From an uncultured bacterium (GTDB taxonomy: Bacteria; Krumholzibacteriota; Krumholzibacteriia; Krumholzibacteriales; CAZTHK01): DNA of 64,000 nucleotides. Location: NCBI GenBank assembly GCA_964613215.1, contig CAZTHK010000011.1, positions 61,297 to 125,296 on the forward strand. The letters run 5' to 3'. Position 1 is the stretch's first letter, and the number at the start of each line of letters is the position of its first letter. Positions 49,796-58,802 of this stretch are shown here, one piece after another. The notes beneath the pieces were generated by a model. That model searched no databases and was not told the origin of the DNA. It worked only from the letters and a program-made list of their open reading frames with translations. The translations under genes were made by a program, and so were the position numbers.

Positions 49796-51695
49796 AATTA
49801 TCTGATTCCCTTTCGCTGACCTGTTTAAGATTCCTGTCCAGAAATTCCAGTATGGCCCTGTAGCCGTCCCGGCGGTTCTTCTTCTTTCTGAATCCGTGTC
49901 CTTCGTCCTTGAACACTATATATTCCACCGGCACTCCGTTGTTTCTGACCGCCTCCACTATATCGTCGGATTCCTCCTTGAGCACCCTGGGGTCATTGGC
50001 TCCCTGCAGAACCATAAGGGGTTTCACTATGTTCTCTGCATGGAAGAGGGGGGATATACTTCTCAGATACTCCCTGTCCTCTTCCGGATTACCCATCTCC
50101 CGGTAGAGAGCCTCCCGGAATGATTCCCACCAGGGGGGTATACTTTCCAGTGTTCTGACCCAGTCGGATATGCCGAACAGATCCACTCCCACCGCAAATT
50201 CCCGGGGCGAAAAGGACAGTGCCGCCAGCACCATATACCCCCCGTAACTTCCTCCTATTATCCCGATCCGTTCTTCATCCACACATCCGGTGGATAACAG
50301 AAAATCCCTGGCTGCAATACAGTCCTTCAGATCATCCTGGCCGTGTCTGCGGTCATCCAGCTTGAAGAAGGTCTTGCCGTAACCGGAACTTCCCCGGTTG
50401 TTTACCGCCAGCAGGGCATATCCGTGATTGACCAGATACTGGATCAGGGAACTGTAACCGACCCTGGACTGACCACCGGGACCGCCGTGAACCCAAACCA
50501 GAGCGGGGATCTCATCACCCTGTTCCACCCCCCGGGGATGGTAATACAGCGCCGGTATCTCCAGCCCATCGAAGGATGAAAACCTCACCACCCTGGCATC
50601 CACCAGATCATCCCGGCCGATCTCCGGATTCATGGAATCGGTGAGCCTGCGGTAACCGCCGGTTTCGAAATTATAAATATAAACATTTCGCGGGGCCCTG
50701 GATCCGTTCACATGAAACCTCATGTACTTCTCACTTCTGGATATCTCCACAGATGTGATTACCGCTTCGGGCATCCGGGGCAACTCCAGATACTTCTCCT
50801 CCCGGGTGTCAAAAACCTTCAGAACGGTACGGGCATCCCGGTTGATTGCGGTAATCCGGTAGCGGCCGCTCCTGGAGAAGTAAGCCCTGGTTATATCCCG
50901 GTCTGCTGTTACCACGGTCTGGCTGGTTCCATCCTCCAGCCGGTACCTGCTGAGATACATGAACTCACTGTCCCGGTCGGTGAGGTAGTAAAGGCTGCCC
51001 GAAGAGGGACTGAAGTCAACCGGTATGTGCTGAACCTCTCCCTGGTGGGGGGTTATATGGGTTATCTCTTTCGAAGTGGTGTCGTATATGTAAATATCCG
51101 AATTGCTGGTGGTAATGGTACGGTAAAGTGCGATGTACCGTCCATCCCCGGAAGCGCATCCGAAATTGTACCCCTCCCGGTTGCGGTATACCAGCCGCGA
51201 GCTGAAATCATCTGTATCCATCCTGTAAATATCCATATATCTGCGATCCCGCCTGTTCGAACCGTAATAGAAGCCGTCCCGCCGGTGGGTCCACTGATAG
51301 AACTCTGCCCGGGCCGAATCAGGGGGGGTAAGATCCCTTACACTTCCATCCAGACCCTTAAGGTATATGTGATTGATTTCATTCCCGCCCCTGTCGCTGA
51401 GATATAGAAACCGGTCATCCCCGGGAAGGTAGGAGATCACAAAGACAGCGTCCCTGTCAGAGCGGGTAAGCATCTCCTGCCGCCCTGTTTCAATATCGAT
51501 ACTGCAGGCGTTATATACACCCGAACGGTCGGAGGAAATAAGAAGCTTATCCTCCCGGTGGGAGAATGATCCCCCTGTTATCGACACCGTATTCAGAAAT
51601 TGATCTATGGTGTACCTCCTGGCCGGATTCTCCCGGCAGGCGGGCAGCAATACCACCACTATGGAGAAGAATATCAACAGCCTGTTCAGTTTCAT
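49785..51695 (-). CDS. S9-family serine peptidase (prolyl oligopeptidase/dipeptidyl-peptidase type) lipoprotein
   Basis: Lipobox LLPAC and an N-terminal beta-propeller. The C-terminal alpha/beta-hydrolase domain carries GGSYGGYM around the nucleophile. Confidence 0.85.
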   Translation of the reverse strand: MKLNRLLIFFSIVVVLLPACRENPARRYTIDQFLNTVSITGGSFSHREDKLLISSDRSGVYNACSIDIETGRQEMLTRSDRDAVFVISYLPGDDRFLYLSDRGGNEINHIYLKGLDGSVRDLTPPDSARAEFYQWTHRRDGFYYGSNRRDRRYMDIYRMDTDDFSSRLVYRNREGYNFGCASGDGRYIALYRTITTSNSDIYIYDTTSKEITHITPHQGEVQHIPVDFSPSSGSLYYLTDRDSEFMYLSRYRLEDGTSQTVVTADRDITRAYFSRSGRYRITAINRDARTVLKVFDTREEKYLELPRMPEAVITSVEISRSEKYMRFHVNGSRAPRNVYIYNFETGGYRRLTDSMNPEIGRDDLVDARVVRFSSFDGLEIPALYYHPRGVEQGDEIPALVWVHGGPGGQSRVGYSSLIQYLVNHGYALLAVNNRGSSGYGKTFFKLDDRRHGQDDLKDCIAARDFLLSTGCVDEERIGIIGGSYGGYMVLAALSFSPREFAVGVDLFGISDWVRTLESIPPWWESFREALYREMGNPEEDREYLRSISPLFHAENIVKPLMVLQGANDPRVLKEESDDIVEAVRNNGVPVEYIVFKDEGHGFRKKKNRRDGYRAILEFLDRNLKQVSERESDNYGT

Positions 51696-52008
51696 TAAAC
51701 CTCCTTAAGGTCACCCGGCAGCCGGGTGTTCTGATATTATCTCCCACTGAATATGTGGAATAATACTTACTTTATTTATACTCAATAAACTATCAATGTT
51801 CCACTGATTTCGAGATTAACCGCTATTCAGCAGGAATATGTTACTTTCGCTCAAGTGCATCTCTGACCTTTCATACCTTATCAAACTCGCTAGAGGTTAT
51901 ATGAAACTGCGCAATTACTTGTAACTTCATTAATTATATTATCATTCGAGTTTTATCTTGCATTTCAACAAACTATATGCAAAATATTGAATTAGAGAGG
52001 GGGATTTA

Positions 52009-52956
52009 ATGAGAGGCGGTGTCGAAATGAAGGATAGAATGATAATTCACGATGAATTCAATTCATCGGCAAAAGTAGTTTTGAGCAATGGTGATTGTCT
52101 TAATTTACTAAAGAAAATCCCGGATGGTTCAATCCAACTAATTATTACTTCACCTCCATATAATATTGGAAAAGAATATGAAAGAAAATTAAAACTTGAA
52201 AAGTATATTGAACAACAAGAGAAAGTTATTGACGAATGCATAAGGGTTTTGTCTGATTCTGGCAGTATTTGCTGGCAGGTAGGGAATTACGTTGATAAAG
52301 GATCAATTATACCATTGGATACAATTCTTTATCCAATATTTGCAAAACGTAATTTAAAAATGAGAAACCGTATTATATGGCATTTTGGTCACGGTCTTCA
52401 TTGTAAAAACCGGTTTTCTGGAAGATATGAAACGGTAATTTGGTTTACAAAGAGTGATAATTACCATTTTAACCTGGATCCAGTACGTGTACCCCAGAAA
52501 TATCCCAAAAAGAAACATTTCAAAGGAGAAAAACGAGGACAATACTCTTGCAATCCTCTTGGCAAGAATCCCAGTGACGTATGGATGATTCCCAATGTAA
52601 AGAGCAATCATGTTGAAAAAACGATACATCCATGTCAATTCCCTGTTGAATTAATTGAACGGTTTGTTCTGTCTATGACAAAGGAAGAAGATTGGGTGTT
52701 TGATCCTTTCGTTGGAACTGGAACTTCGATTATTGCTGCTATTCGCCATAACAGAAGAGGCGCGGGCGCAGAAACTGAAGACAAATATGTCAAATTAGCC
52801 AGGAAAAGGATAAATATGGAGATGGATGGGGTTCTTCGAACACGCCCCATGAATAAACCAATCTATGATCCAAATAGTAGTGAAAACAGCTTGAATAGGC
52901 ACTGCCAGGAAAGAAGAAACGAAAACAAACAATTGCATCTGTTGGAGAGTGAATAG
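52009..52956 (+). CDS. DNA methyltransferase, beta-class (N6-adenine or N4-cytosine)
   Basis: Motif IV SPPY lies near the N-terminus and motif I DPFVGTGTS near the C-terminus, the circular permutation typical of beta-class amino-MTases. The gene is about 38% GC. Confidence 0.85.
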   Translation: MRGGVEMKDRMIIHDEFNSSAKVVLSNGDCLNLLKKIPDGSIQLIITSPPYNIGKEYERKLKLEKYIEQQEKVIDECIRVLSDSGSICWQVGNYVDKGSIIPLDTILYPIFAKRNLKMRNRIIWHFGHGLHCKNRFSGRYETVIWFTKSDNYHFNLDPVRVPQKYPKKKHFKGEKRGQYSCNPLGKNPSDVWMIPNVKSNHVEKTIHPCQFPVELIERFVLSMTKEEDWVFDPFVGTGTSIIAAIRHNRRGAGAETEDKYVKLARKRINMEMDGVLRTRPMNKPIYDPNSSENSLNRHCQERRNENKQLHLLESE

Positions 52957-52974
52957 TTTGGAGATATTCTAAAA

Positions 52975-53586
52975 GTGAAGATTATTGAAACATATTCGCA
53001 TTTAAATGGCCTTGAATATTTGATTGTTCATGAGAAAGAATTATGGAATCAGGTCAGGGAAGTTATAGCATCTGTAGATGCTGAAAAATGTAAGACTAAA
53101 AAATCGAAAGAAAAAACTATGAAGGGCAAAATGTTATACAGCCCAGCAGATATGAACGCAGAATTTAAACGGTTATTACTGAAATCAGAATGGCGTGAAA
53201 GCAGGGTCTCTTACTGGGTAACAAAAGACTCTAAACTTATCAGAAAAACACTTTCTCTTGATACTAACCAGCAAAAGAAAGAAATTGAAGCAAGTGGGCA
53301 AACTCCTATTTATAGTTATAATCAGACGGACTTTATTAGGAACAGAGTAGCGATCGAAGTGCAATTCGGGAAATATGCTTTCGTTGCTTATGATTTATTT
53401 GTGAAACACCTGGCTTTTTATGTAGGAAACAAAATTGATGTTGGAATTGAAATACTACCCATGAAATCTCTTCAATTGGAGATGAGTTCGGGTGTTCCCT
53501 ATTATGAAGGGGAACTTTACAATGTAATTAGGCAGGGCAGAGGTGTACCAGCAGTGCCCTTAGTAATCATTGGAATAGAACCATAA
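52975..53586 (+). CDS. type IIP restriction endonuclease of the BglII/BamHI family
   Basis: 203 aa. The N-terminus MKIIETYSHLNGLEYL and the catalytic region VAIEVQFGKYAF (an E-x-Q arrangement as in BglII) together with GIEILPMKSLQLEMSS (BamHI-like) recall those enzymes. It lies immediately downstream of the MTase. Confidence 0.65.
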   Translation: MKIIETYSHLNGLEYLIVHEKELWNQVREVIASVDAEKCKTKKSKEKTMKGKMLYSPADMNAEFKRLLLKSEWRESRVSYWVTKDSKLIRKTLSLDTNQQKKEIEASGQTPIYSYNQTDFIRNRVAIEVQFGKYAFVAYDLFVKHLAFYVGNKIDVGIEILPMKSLQLEMSSGVPYYEGELYNVIRQGRGVPAVPLVIIGIEP

Positions 53587-53729
53587 CACAGCAGATGCCA
53601 CATAATAGGTTAATAGAGCAATTGGCATATTAGCCGCAAAGGCAAATCAATAGAAGAGTATTCCGGCAATCCTGAAAAGCAGGATATGCAGGCATTTTAT
53701 TCATGGTGAAAAACAGGGATAGAACATAT

Positions 53730-55628
53730 TCAAAAATCAAATGGTGAGATGTAATCCCCCAGTTTTCCCCGGGCTTCGGTCAACCGGTTCTTCTGCTCCT
53801 CTATATGAACGAAGACCTTATCGGGGGTATCGGCAACCCTCTCCCTGAAGATCTTTACCATCCTGTCCATCTTGGCAAGGTTCTCCGGGATCCTGATGGT
53901 GAACTGCCTGATATAGTCCTCTCTGGAGTAATCTCTTTCGAACACCTGTTTCACCAGTTTCCTGAGATCCTGGTAGCGGGGTATATATCCGGTAGGTGTT
54001 TCTATCCCTTCTGCCTCACCGTTCACCTTCAGGTCCATCCACTTAAGCCATACCTTCTTGTCATTCTTGTCATTGAGCCAATTGCCATCCTGGTCCTTCA
54101 GGAAGTAATTAACTGCAAAAATCCGGGGAGGATTATCCACCTGCTTCCCGAAATCGAGATTGTTCTGCACATACTTTCCTATGGGCAGGGAAAGAAAATC
54201 CAGATTGGACATGGGATTGAATTTTCTTACTCCCTCCTCCCCCAGGGTGGCTGCGGTGGTCTCCGATTCCAGGCAGGCACCATACATGACAATCCCGTGT
54301 TCCCAGCCGAACGATTCCTTGACCGGCACGGAGGTATTATAATCCCTCCCCCCGTAAATTACTCCATCCACCACCACCCCTTCAGGGGCATGAAGCTTTG
54401 AATCGGCGTTTTCAAGGATATCCATTCTGAAGGTAAACCTGGCGTTCTTGTGAGATGGATCTATGGTGTTACCATCCCGGTCCTTCTTCCCCCGGTACCA
54501 TTCGCCGGAATGATTTACTCCCTCCTCCGGAACTTCGCCGGGTTTGCCATTCCAGTAATTCTGCCCGTTTTCCACAACCAGCTGATTGGTGAATATAACT
54601 TCGTTGGGGCCGGTTATGGCCTTCCACTGGATGGGGTCCTCCTCGGGATTGATTCCCTGAATAATGCCAAAAACCCCCGCCTCTACATTCACCGCCCGGG
54701 TATCACCCTCTATGTTTTTCAGATAGGCAATATCATCTCCCACTATCTTCTCCCCCTCCAGCATGGCAGTGGATGTCTTGCCACACATGGATGGAAAGGC
54801 TCCGGTAAAGTAGGTAGTCCTGCCGGCGGGCCCGTTAACTCCCATTACCAGCATATGCTCGGTAAGCCACTTCTCCTCCGCCGCTCTGTGTATGGCCAGA
54901 CGCATAGCCAGCTTCTTCAGCCCGATGCTGTTTCCCCCGTACTGATTGTTGGCGCTGTAAACCGTTTCATCCTCCAGATCTATATACACCCTCCTCTCCT
55001 CTATGTTGCTGCTTACCAGCAGCCCCAGCCCGGCCTCCTCCAGCCGTCCCTGGGAATGGACGAATCTGAAGAAATCCATATCAGGACCGCCCCGGAGGAA
55101 TTCCTGATAACCCTGACGGTAGAGGAGATCTTCACTGTGAGCCACATAGGCTGAATCGGTCATCTGTACACATGGTATGGAGAAGGGTGAATTCTGTGGT
55201 CCCAGGCAGTAGAATTTTATGTGAAGCTGGTGTCCCTCCATGATCCCATCCATTATTCCCCGGATCTCCCTCAATCCCTCCTCTTTGACTATGGAATTTA
55301 TTTCCGGGCCCAGGTTCTCGCCCGGCGGCAGAAGGAACCTGGTGTTTTCCTTGTCTCTGGCCTGGTCGAAGTATCCATCGAAATGGATGGTATGGCCGGG
55401 GGTTGCCAGTCTGGCTTCCTCCCTGTTTTTCAGGGCAGCCTCCCGGGTCCTTTCCAGGTCTTCTTCAGTATCGGCATAGACGGTGACTAGCCCGGGTTTG
55501 ACCAGCTCTATGAAATCGTGGATGAATGAGTGAACCTCCGGATTGTCAATCCGGCTTAGCTTCTCGAAATCTTCTTTCCGGAGAATCGACCGAAGATCGC
55601 CGGTAGGGTTGGAACTCATTTTTCTCAT
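53730..55628 (-). CDS. pckG: phosphoenolpyruvate carboxykinase (GTP)
   Basis: 632 aa with GTP-PEPCK motifs YGGNSIGLKKLAMRLA and FPSMCGKTS. Confidence 0.9.
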   Translation of the reverse strand: MRKMSSNPTGDLRSILRKEDFEKLSRIDNPEVHSFIHDFIELVKPGLVTVYADTEEDLERTREAALKNREEARLATPGHTIHFDGYFDQARDKENTRFLLPPGENLGPEINSIVKEEGLREIRGIMDGIMEGHQLHIKFYCLGPQNSPFSIPCVQMTDSAYVAHSEDLLYRQGYQEFLRGGPDMDFFRFVHSQGRLEEAGLGLLVSSNIEERRVYIDLEDETVYSANNQYGGNSIGLKKLAMRLAIHRAAEEKWLTEHMLVMGVNGPAGRTTYFTGAFPSMCGKTSTAMLEGEKIVGDDIAYLKNIEGDTRAVNVEAGVFGIIQGINPEEDPIQWKAITGPNEVIFTNQLVVENGQNYWNGKPGEVPEEGVNHSGEWYRGKKDRDGNTIDPSHKNARFTFRMDILENADSKLHAPEGVVVDGVIYGGRDYNTSVPVKESFGWEHGIVMYGACLESETTAATLGEEGVRKFNPMSNLDFLSLPIGKYVQNNLDFGKQVDNPPRIFAVNYFLKDQDGNWLNDKNDKKVWLKWMDLKVNGEAEGIETPTGYIPRYQDLRKLVKQVFERDYSREDYIRQFTIRIPENLAKMDRMVKIFRERVADTPDKVFVHIEEQKNRLTEARGKLGDYISPFDF

Positions 55629-55898
55629 CTCCCCCAGAGGTTAAGGGAAAATTTTACGCCTGCCTCCGCAGGGCTTCAGATTTATCATCCATAAGTTAAA
55701 CCATCCATGCTGCCGGTCAAGCATAAATCGTTAAAATAAAAAAGATTTTGCCATTTACCTAAAAAAACATCCAATGCAAGATTCATGTAAAACAACTTCG
55801 GAAAGATTAAATAATATATGAAGAAATTTAATAATTTTTATTGCATAAACGGCTATATGAAGAAAGTGCCGGATCTGCCCCCTGCCAGCGAAGGAATT

Positions 55899-55914
55899 CG
55901 ATAATAATTATTGC
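55899..55914. promoter_or_regulatory. candidate Fur/PerR-family operator (ATAAT-n-ATTAT inverted repeat) in the pckG / seleno-prx divergent promoter region
   Basis: cgATAATaATTATtgc resembles the 7-1-7 PerR/Fur box core. It lies ~170 nt upstream of the prx ATG. A direct repeat ttattgca(t/a)aaa is also present at ~55838 and ~55906. Confidence 0.3.
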
Positions 55915-56084
55915 AAAAAATCCAGGGAGGTCTATAATCAGAATCCCTGAGGGAGAAAGGAGGCTCGAATATGCCTGAAGAATTCGATGCCAGTTGCGCC
56001 AGGCCTACCGGAGGCCCGGTGGGTGAGGCGGAGAAACCGGAAAAACAGGAGAAAGAGAAAGCCGAGAAGAAGAAGGAGGCCGCC

Positions 56085-56693
56085 ATGATCAAGGTTGGTC
56101 AGAAAGCCCCTGATTTCATTGCTCCGGCATATCATCAGGGCAAATTCGTAAATGTTAAACTTTCCGAATATCTGGGCAAATGGGTACTGGTCTGTTTCTA
56201 CCCGGGTGATTTTACCTTTGTTTGAGCAACGGAAGTTTCGGCAGTTGCCGAAAAGTATTCCGAATTGCAGGAACTGGGAGTAGAGGTTCTTTCTGTCAGT
56301 GTGGACAGCGTTTTCGTACATAAGATGTGGGATGAAAACGAGCTCTCCAGGATGGTGGAGGGAGGCATTCCATTCCCCATGCTGTCCGACGGCGGCGGAA
56401 AGGTGGGCAGTATCTACGGCATTTATGATGAAAATGCGGGAACGGAAACAAGGGGACGGTTCATTATAGACCCCGACGGATTAATTCAGGGCTTTGAAGT
56501 TCTGACCCCGCCGGTAGGCAGAAATGTCGGCGAAACCCTCAGGCAGATTCAGGCATTTCAACTGGTTAGAAAAAGCAAGGGGAAGGAAGCCACACCTTCC
56601 GGATGGAAACCGGGCAAGAAAACACTCAAGCCCGGGCCCGGCCTGGTGGGCAATGTCTGGAAGGAATGGAAGACAGATATGGCCTTCGATTAA
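56085..56693 (+). CDS. selenocysteine-containing peroxiredoxin (AhpC/Prx1 subfamily, in-frame TGA at 56223-56225 read as Sec, no resolving Cys)
   Basis: A single frame reads [11 protein letters not shown]...[40 protein letters not shown]...[16 protein letters not shown]... This aligns with AhpC FTFVCPTE, with TGA exactly at the peroxidatic Cys. The ORF track splits the gene into 55971..56225 and 56265..56693, both in the same frame. An AGGAGG RBS lies 5 nt before ATG 56085. A SECIS-like hairpin lies 11 nt after the TGA. Confidence 0.75.
56230..56261 (+). promoter_or_regulatory. bacterial SECIS-like hairpin
   Basis: cggaa-g-TTTCGGC-aguu-GCCGAAA-agta-ttccg has a 7-bp upper stem and a 4-nt apical loop containing GU at ~20 nt downstream of the UGA, plus a 5-bp lower stem with an internal loop. 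Confidence 0.55.
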
Positions 56694-56833
56694 ATTTATC
56701 TTAAAAGAAAGAGTGCACTTTCTAATCAGAGTGTTCTTATTCAACAGGTATGCACAAGGACCGTATTGTAACCTTAACCCGGAAAGCTGATGATCCGGAT
56801 TGAATGGGTTCGATCCCTGATTATGAATAAATA

Positions 56834-56867
56834 AAATCTCCCCGGTGTCGTCCCGGGGAGATTTTTC
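56834..56867 (+). terminator. rho-independent terminator downstream of the peroxiredoxin gene
   Basis: aaATCTCCCCGGtgtcgtcCCGGGGAGATttttt forms a 10-12 bp stem followed by a T5 run. Confidence 0.75.
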
Positions 56868-57261
56868 TGAACTTAATCCCTACAGAATCGGCGTGCCTAC
56901 ACTCTGACGGCATGCCTGTGCTCATAACAAGTTAAGAATCCTGCACTCCAATCCGGCCGTGCCGCTGGTTTTTCCGGATAATCCATAAGTGCAGCCGCCA
57001 TCGCTGCTGAGTGCAGGCTGATTGAAGAATCAGCCATAGTACCCATTTCCCTTCCAGCCGCCTGATAACATCCAAACAGTATCAGGCTGTACCGGCAAGA
57101 CATTATCATTGTCTTTCTGCCATGCGGGAACGAGTTTATGAATTAACCGGGTTACCCCGCTTACACTCCTATGCTTTATGTAAGTGCCTGCATTCCGCCA
57201 GTGCCTTACCAGCAGGGAACAGAGGGCTTCTAATACCATTAAGCCACAGATGGATCGAGTC

Positions 57262-57471
57262 TTACTGCTGATACTTGAATGACAGCTTTATCTTGGCCCG
57301 GTACTGGACTATCTTCCCTTCCTCTATATGCATATCCAGTTTTTCCACCTCGGCGATTCTCAGATCCCTGAGATTTTTTCCGGCAGCCTCCACCGCGTTT
57401 GCCGCGGCCTTTTCCCACGAATCAGGACTGGTGCCAACCAGCTCGATTACCTTGTAGGTACTATCTGGCAT
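57262..57471 (-). CDS. dodecin (flavin-binding dodecameric protein)
   Basis: 69 aa MPDSTYKVIELVGTSPDSWEKAAANAVEAAGKNLRDLRIAEVEKLDMHIEEGKIVQYRAKIKLSFKY, a dodecin-family signature. An AAAGGAGAG RBS precedes it. The listed ORF 57262..57600 carries an unsupported N-terminal extension. Confidence 0.75.
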   Translation of the reverse strand: MPDSTYKVIELVGTSPDSWEKAAANAVEAAGKNLRDLRIAEVEKLDMHIEEGKIVQYRAKIKLSFKYQQ

Positions 57472-57633
57472 AATTATCTCTCCTTTCGCTGACTCGGTTA
57501 ACAGAAAACATCTCTCTCTTCGACTCCTGAAACTACAGAGTAAGCCTTTCCGGCCAAAAAGAACAGCAAAAAAGTTCTTCTTATCCGGAGTCCGGAGCAC
57601 GCCGGCAGAGCCAGCTCTGCACCGTACAGGATT

Positions 57634-58425
57634 CTATCTATAGACCACCACCGCAGCCGGCTCAACCACCCGGAAGGTGAATGACTCTACGAAGAACAGC
57701 TTCACCTTCCCGCTGTCGTGGCTCTCATAACCTATGGACAGATCAACTCCCAGAGTCAGGATGAAGTCTTCCCCCCTCTCCGATACGAGGAACATCTCCT
57801 TGACATGGGGTGTAGCTATGATCTCTCCGCCCAGGGTCTCTTCTATCTGCCTGCGGAGTGGATAGCCTTTGTGTTCGGCCAGGACGTTTTGCCACAGGGC
57901 CGTATTCATCACCGCCGTATATGGTCCCTCCACCGAGGCATTCTTCATCATGGTTACTCCGGAGGAGAGAGCTGCCAGTATCTTATCCGATCTCTTGGGG
58001 ATAGCCTGAACCTTATGAGCGGTCCCTTTTTTAAGCCCTTCGATGTTTGCCTTGTTGAGACCATAATATATGCTGTTCTCTTCAAACTGAGCCATTTCCT
58101 CCACCGCATCCTCCATGGGGCCCAGGTCTGCATCCACCGATCCCCGGCTGATACCATCCAGCTCTTCCACGCTCAACCGGAAGGGCATCTTTACCTCAAT
58201 CAGTGGTTGAATCTGATGGATCCTGCTCTCCGGTCCGTTCTTTTTGCTGGTCAGCTTTTCTGTCTTGCCCAGAGTCACAGCCCCGTAGTCCCACCCCTTC
58301 GGCTCGCCCACATCCACAAAGCGCCTGGCGGTCAGGGCCTGTCCAAATAACAACTTCGCCTGCTCGCTTATCTCCGCCCAGGCTTCATCGGAGACAGGAG
58401 CCATAGATTGTCGAAGTATATCCAT
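57634..58425 (-). CDS. family-1 encapsulin nanocompartment shell protein (HK97 fold)
   Basis: 263 aa. MDILRQSMAPVSDEAWAEISEQAKLLFGQALTARRFVDVGEPKGWDYGAV ... GPYTAVMNTALW ... KEMFLVSERGEDFILTLGVDLSIGYESHDSGKVKLFFVESFTFRVVEPAAVVV aligns along its whole length with the Thermotoga-type encapsulin (linocin M18 family). Confidence 0.85.
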   Translation of the reverse strand: MDILRQSMAPVSDEAWAEISEQAKLLFGQALTARRFVDVGEPKGWDYGAVTLGKTEKLTSKKNGPESRIHQIQPLIEVKMPFRLSVEELDGISRGSVDADLGPMEDAVEEMAQFEENSIYYGLNKANIEGLKKGTAHKVQAIPKRSDKILAALSSGVTMMKNASVEGPYTAVMNTALWQNVLAEHKGYPLRRQIEETLGGEIIATPHVKEMFLVSERGEDFILTLGVDLSIGYESHDSGKVKLFFVESFTFRVVEPAAVVVYR

Positions 58426-58448
58426 AGTTTACTCCTTTTCTTTCCTGT

Positions 58449-58802
58449 TTACAGCTTTCCGATGCCCAGATCGGATCCGCGGGAACTGTGATTGTTTCCT
58501 TCTTCCTCCTCTTCACCCTCCTCAATGGATGTAATATCCTGCTGGGTAAAAAGATAATCCCGCAGGTTCTCATCCCAACCGTCCATATTTCTGCGCAGCC
58601 ACTCCAGAAGCATGCTGGCATGCTCCATCTCCTCCTCCATATTATGAAGCAGAATCTTCTTAAGCTCCGCCCTGGCTGTAACATCGGCACGCTGCCTGTA
58701 CCAGTCGATAGCTTCGATCTCCTCCTTGAGGCTGTTGAGGGCCCTGGTGTAATCCTTACATTCCTCGCTCAATTCGTTCTCGGCTTCGTGATAATCCGGC
58801 AT
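58449..58802 (-). CDS. encapsulated ferritin-like cargo protein (EncFtn) with a C-terminal encapsulin targeting peptide
   Basis: IEAIDWYRQRADVT...ELKKILLHNMEEEMEHASMLLEWLRRN is the EncFtn Glu/His ferroxidase motif. An acidic linker precedes the terminal SRGSDLGIGKL, which matches the GSLGIGSL-type cargo-loading peptide. It lies 23 nt upstream of the shell gene. Confidence 0.8.
   Translation of the reverse strand: MPDYHEAENELSEECKDYTRALNSLKEEIEAIDWYRQRADVTARAELKKILLHNMEEEMEHASMLLEWLRRNMDGWDENLRDYLFTQQDITSIEEGEEEEEGNNHSSRGSDLGIGKL

Noticed and set aside
56223-56225. Reading the in-frame TGA in the peroxiredoxin as a pseudogenising nonsense mutation
   Set aside because: Both flanks stay in the same frame with strong AhpC similarity over ~200 codons. 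The TGA replaces exactly the redox-active Cys, and a SECIS-like hairpin follows at the canonical distance. Selenocysteine recoding is therefore more parsimonious than decay, though Sec machinery must still be confirmed elsewhere in the genome.
56780-56830. tRNA-like T-arm sequence GGGTTCGATCCC downstream of the peroxiredoxin gene
   Set aside because: The flanking bases do not form a 5-bp T-stem, 7-bp acceptor stem or a CCA or discriminator context. At best it is a decayed tRNA 3' fragment, and it cannot be called a tRNA gene.
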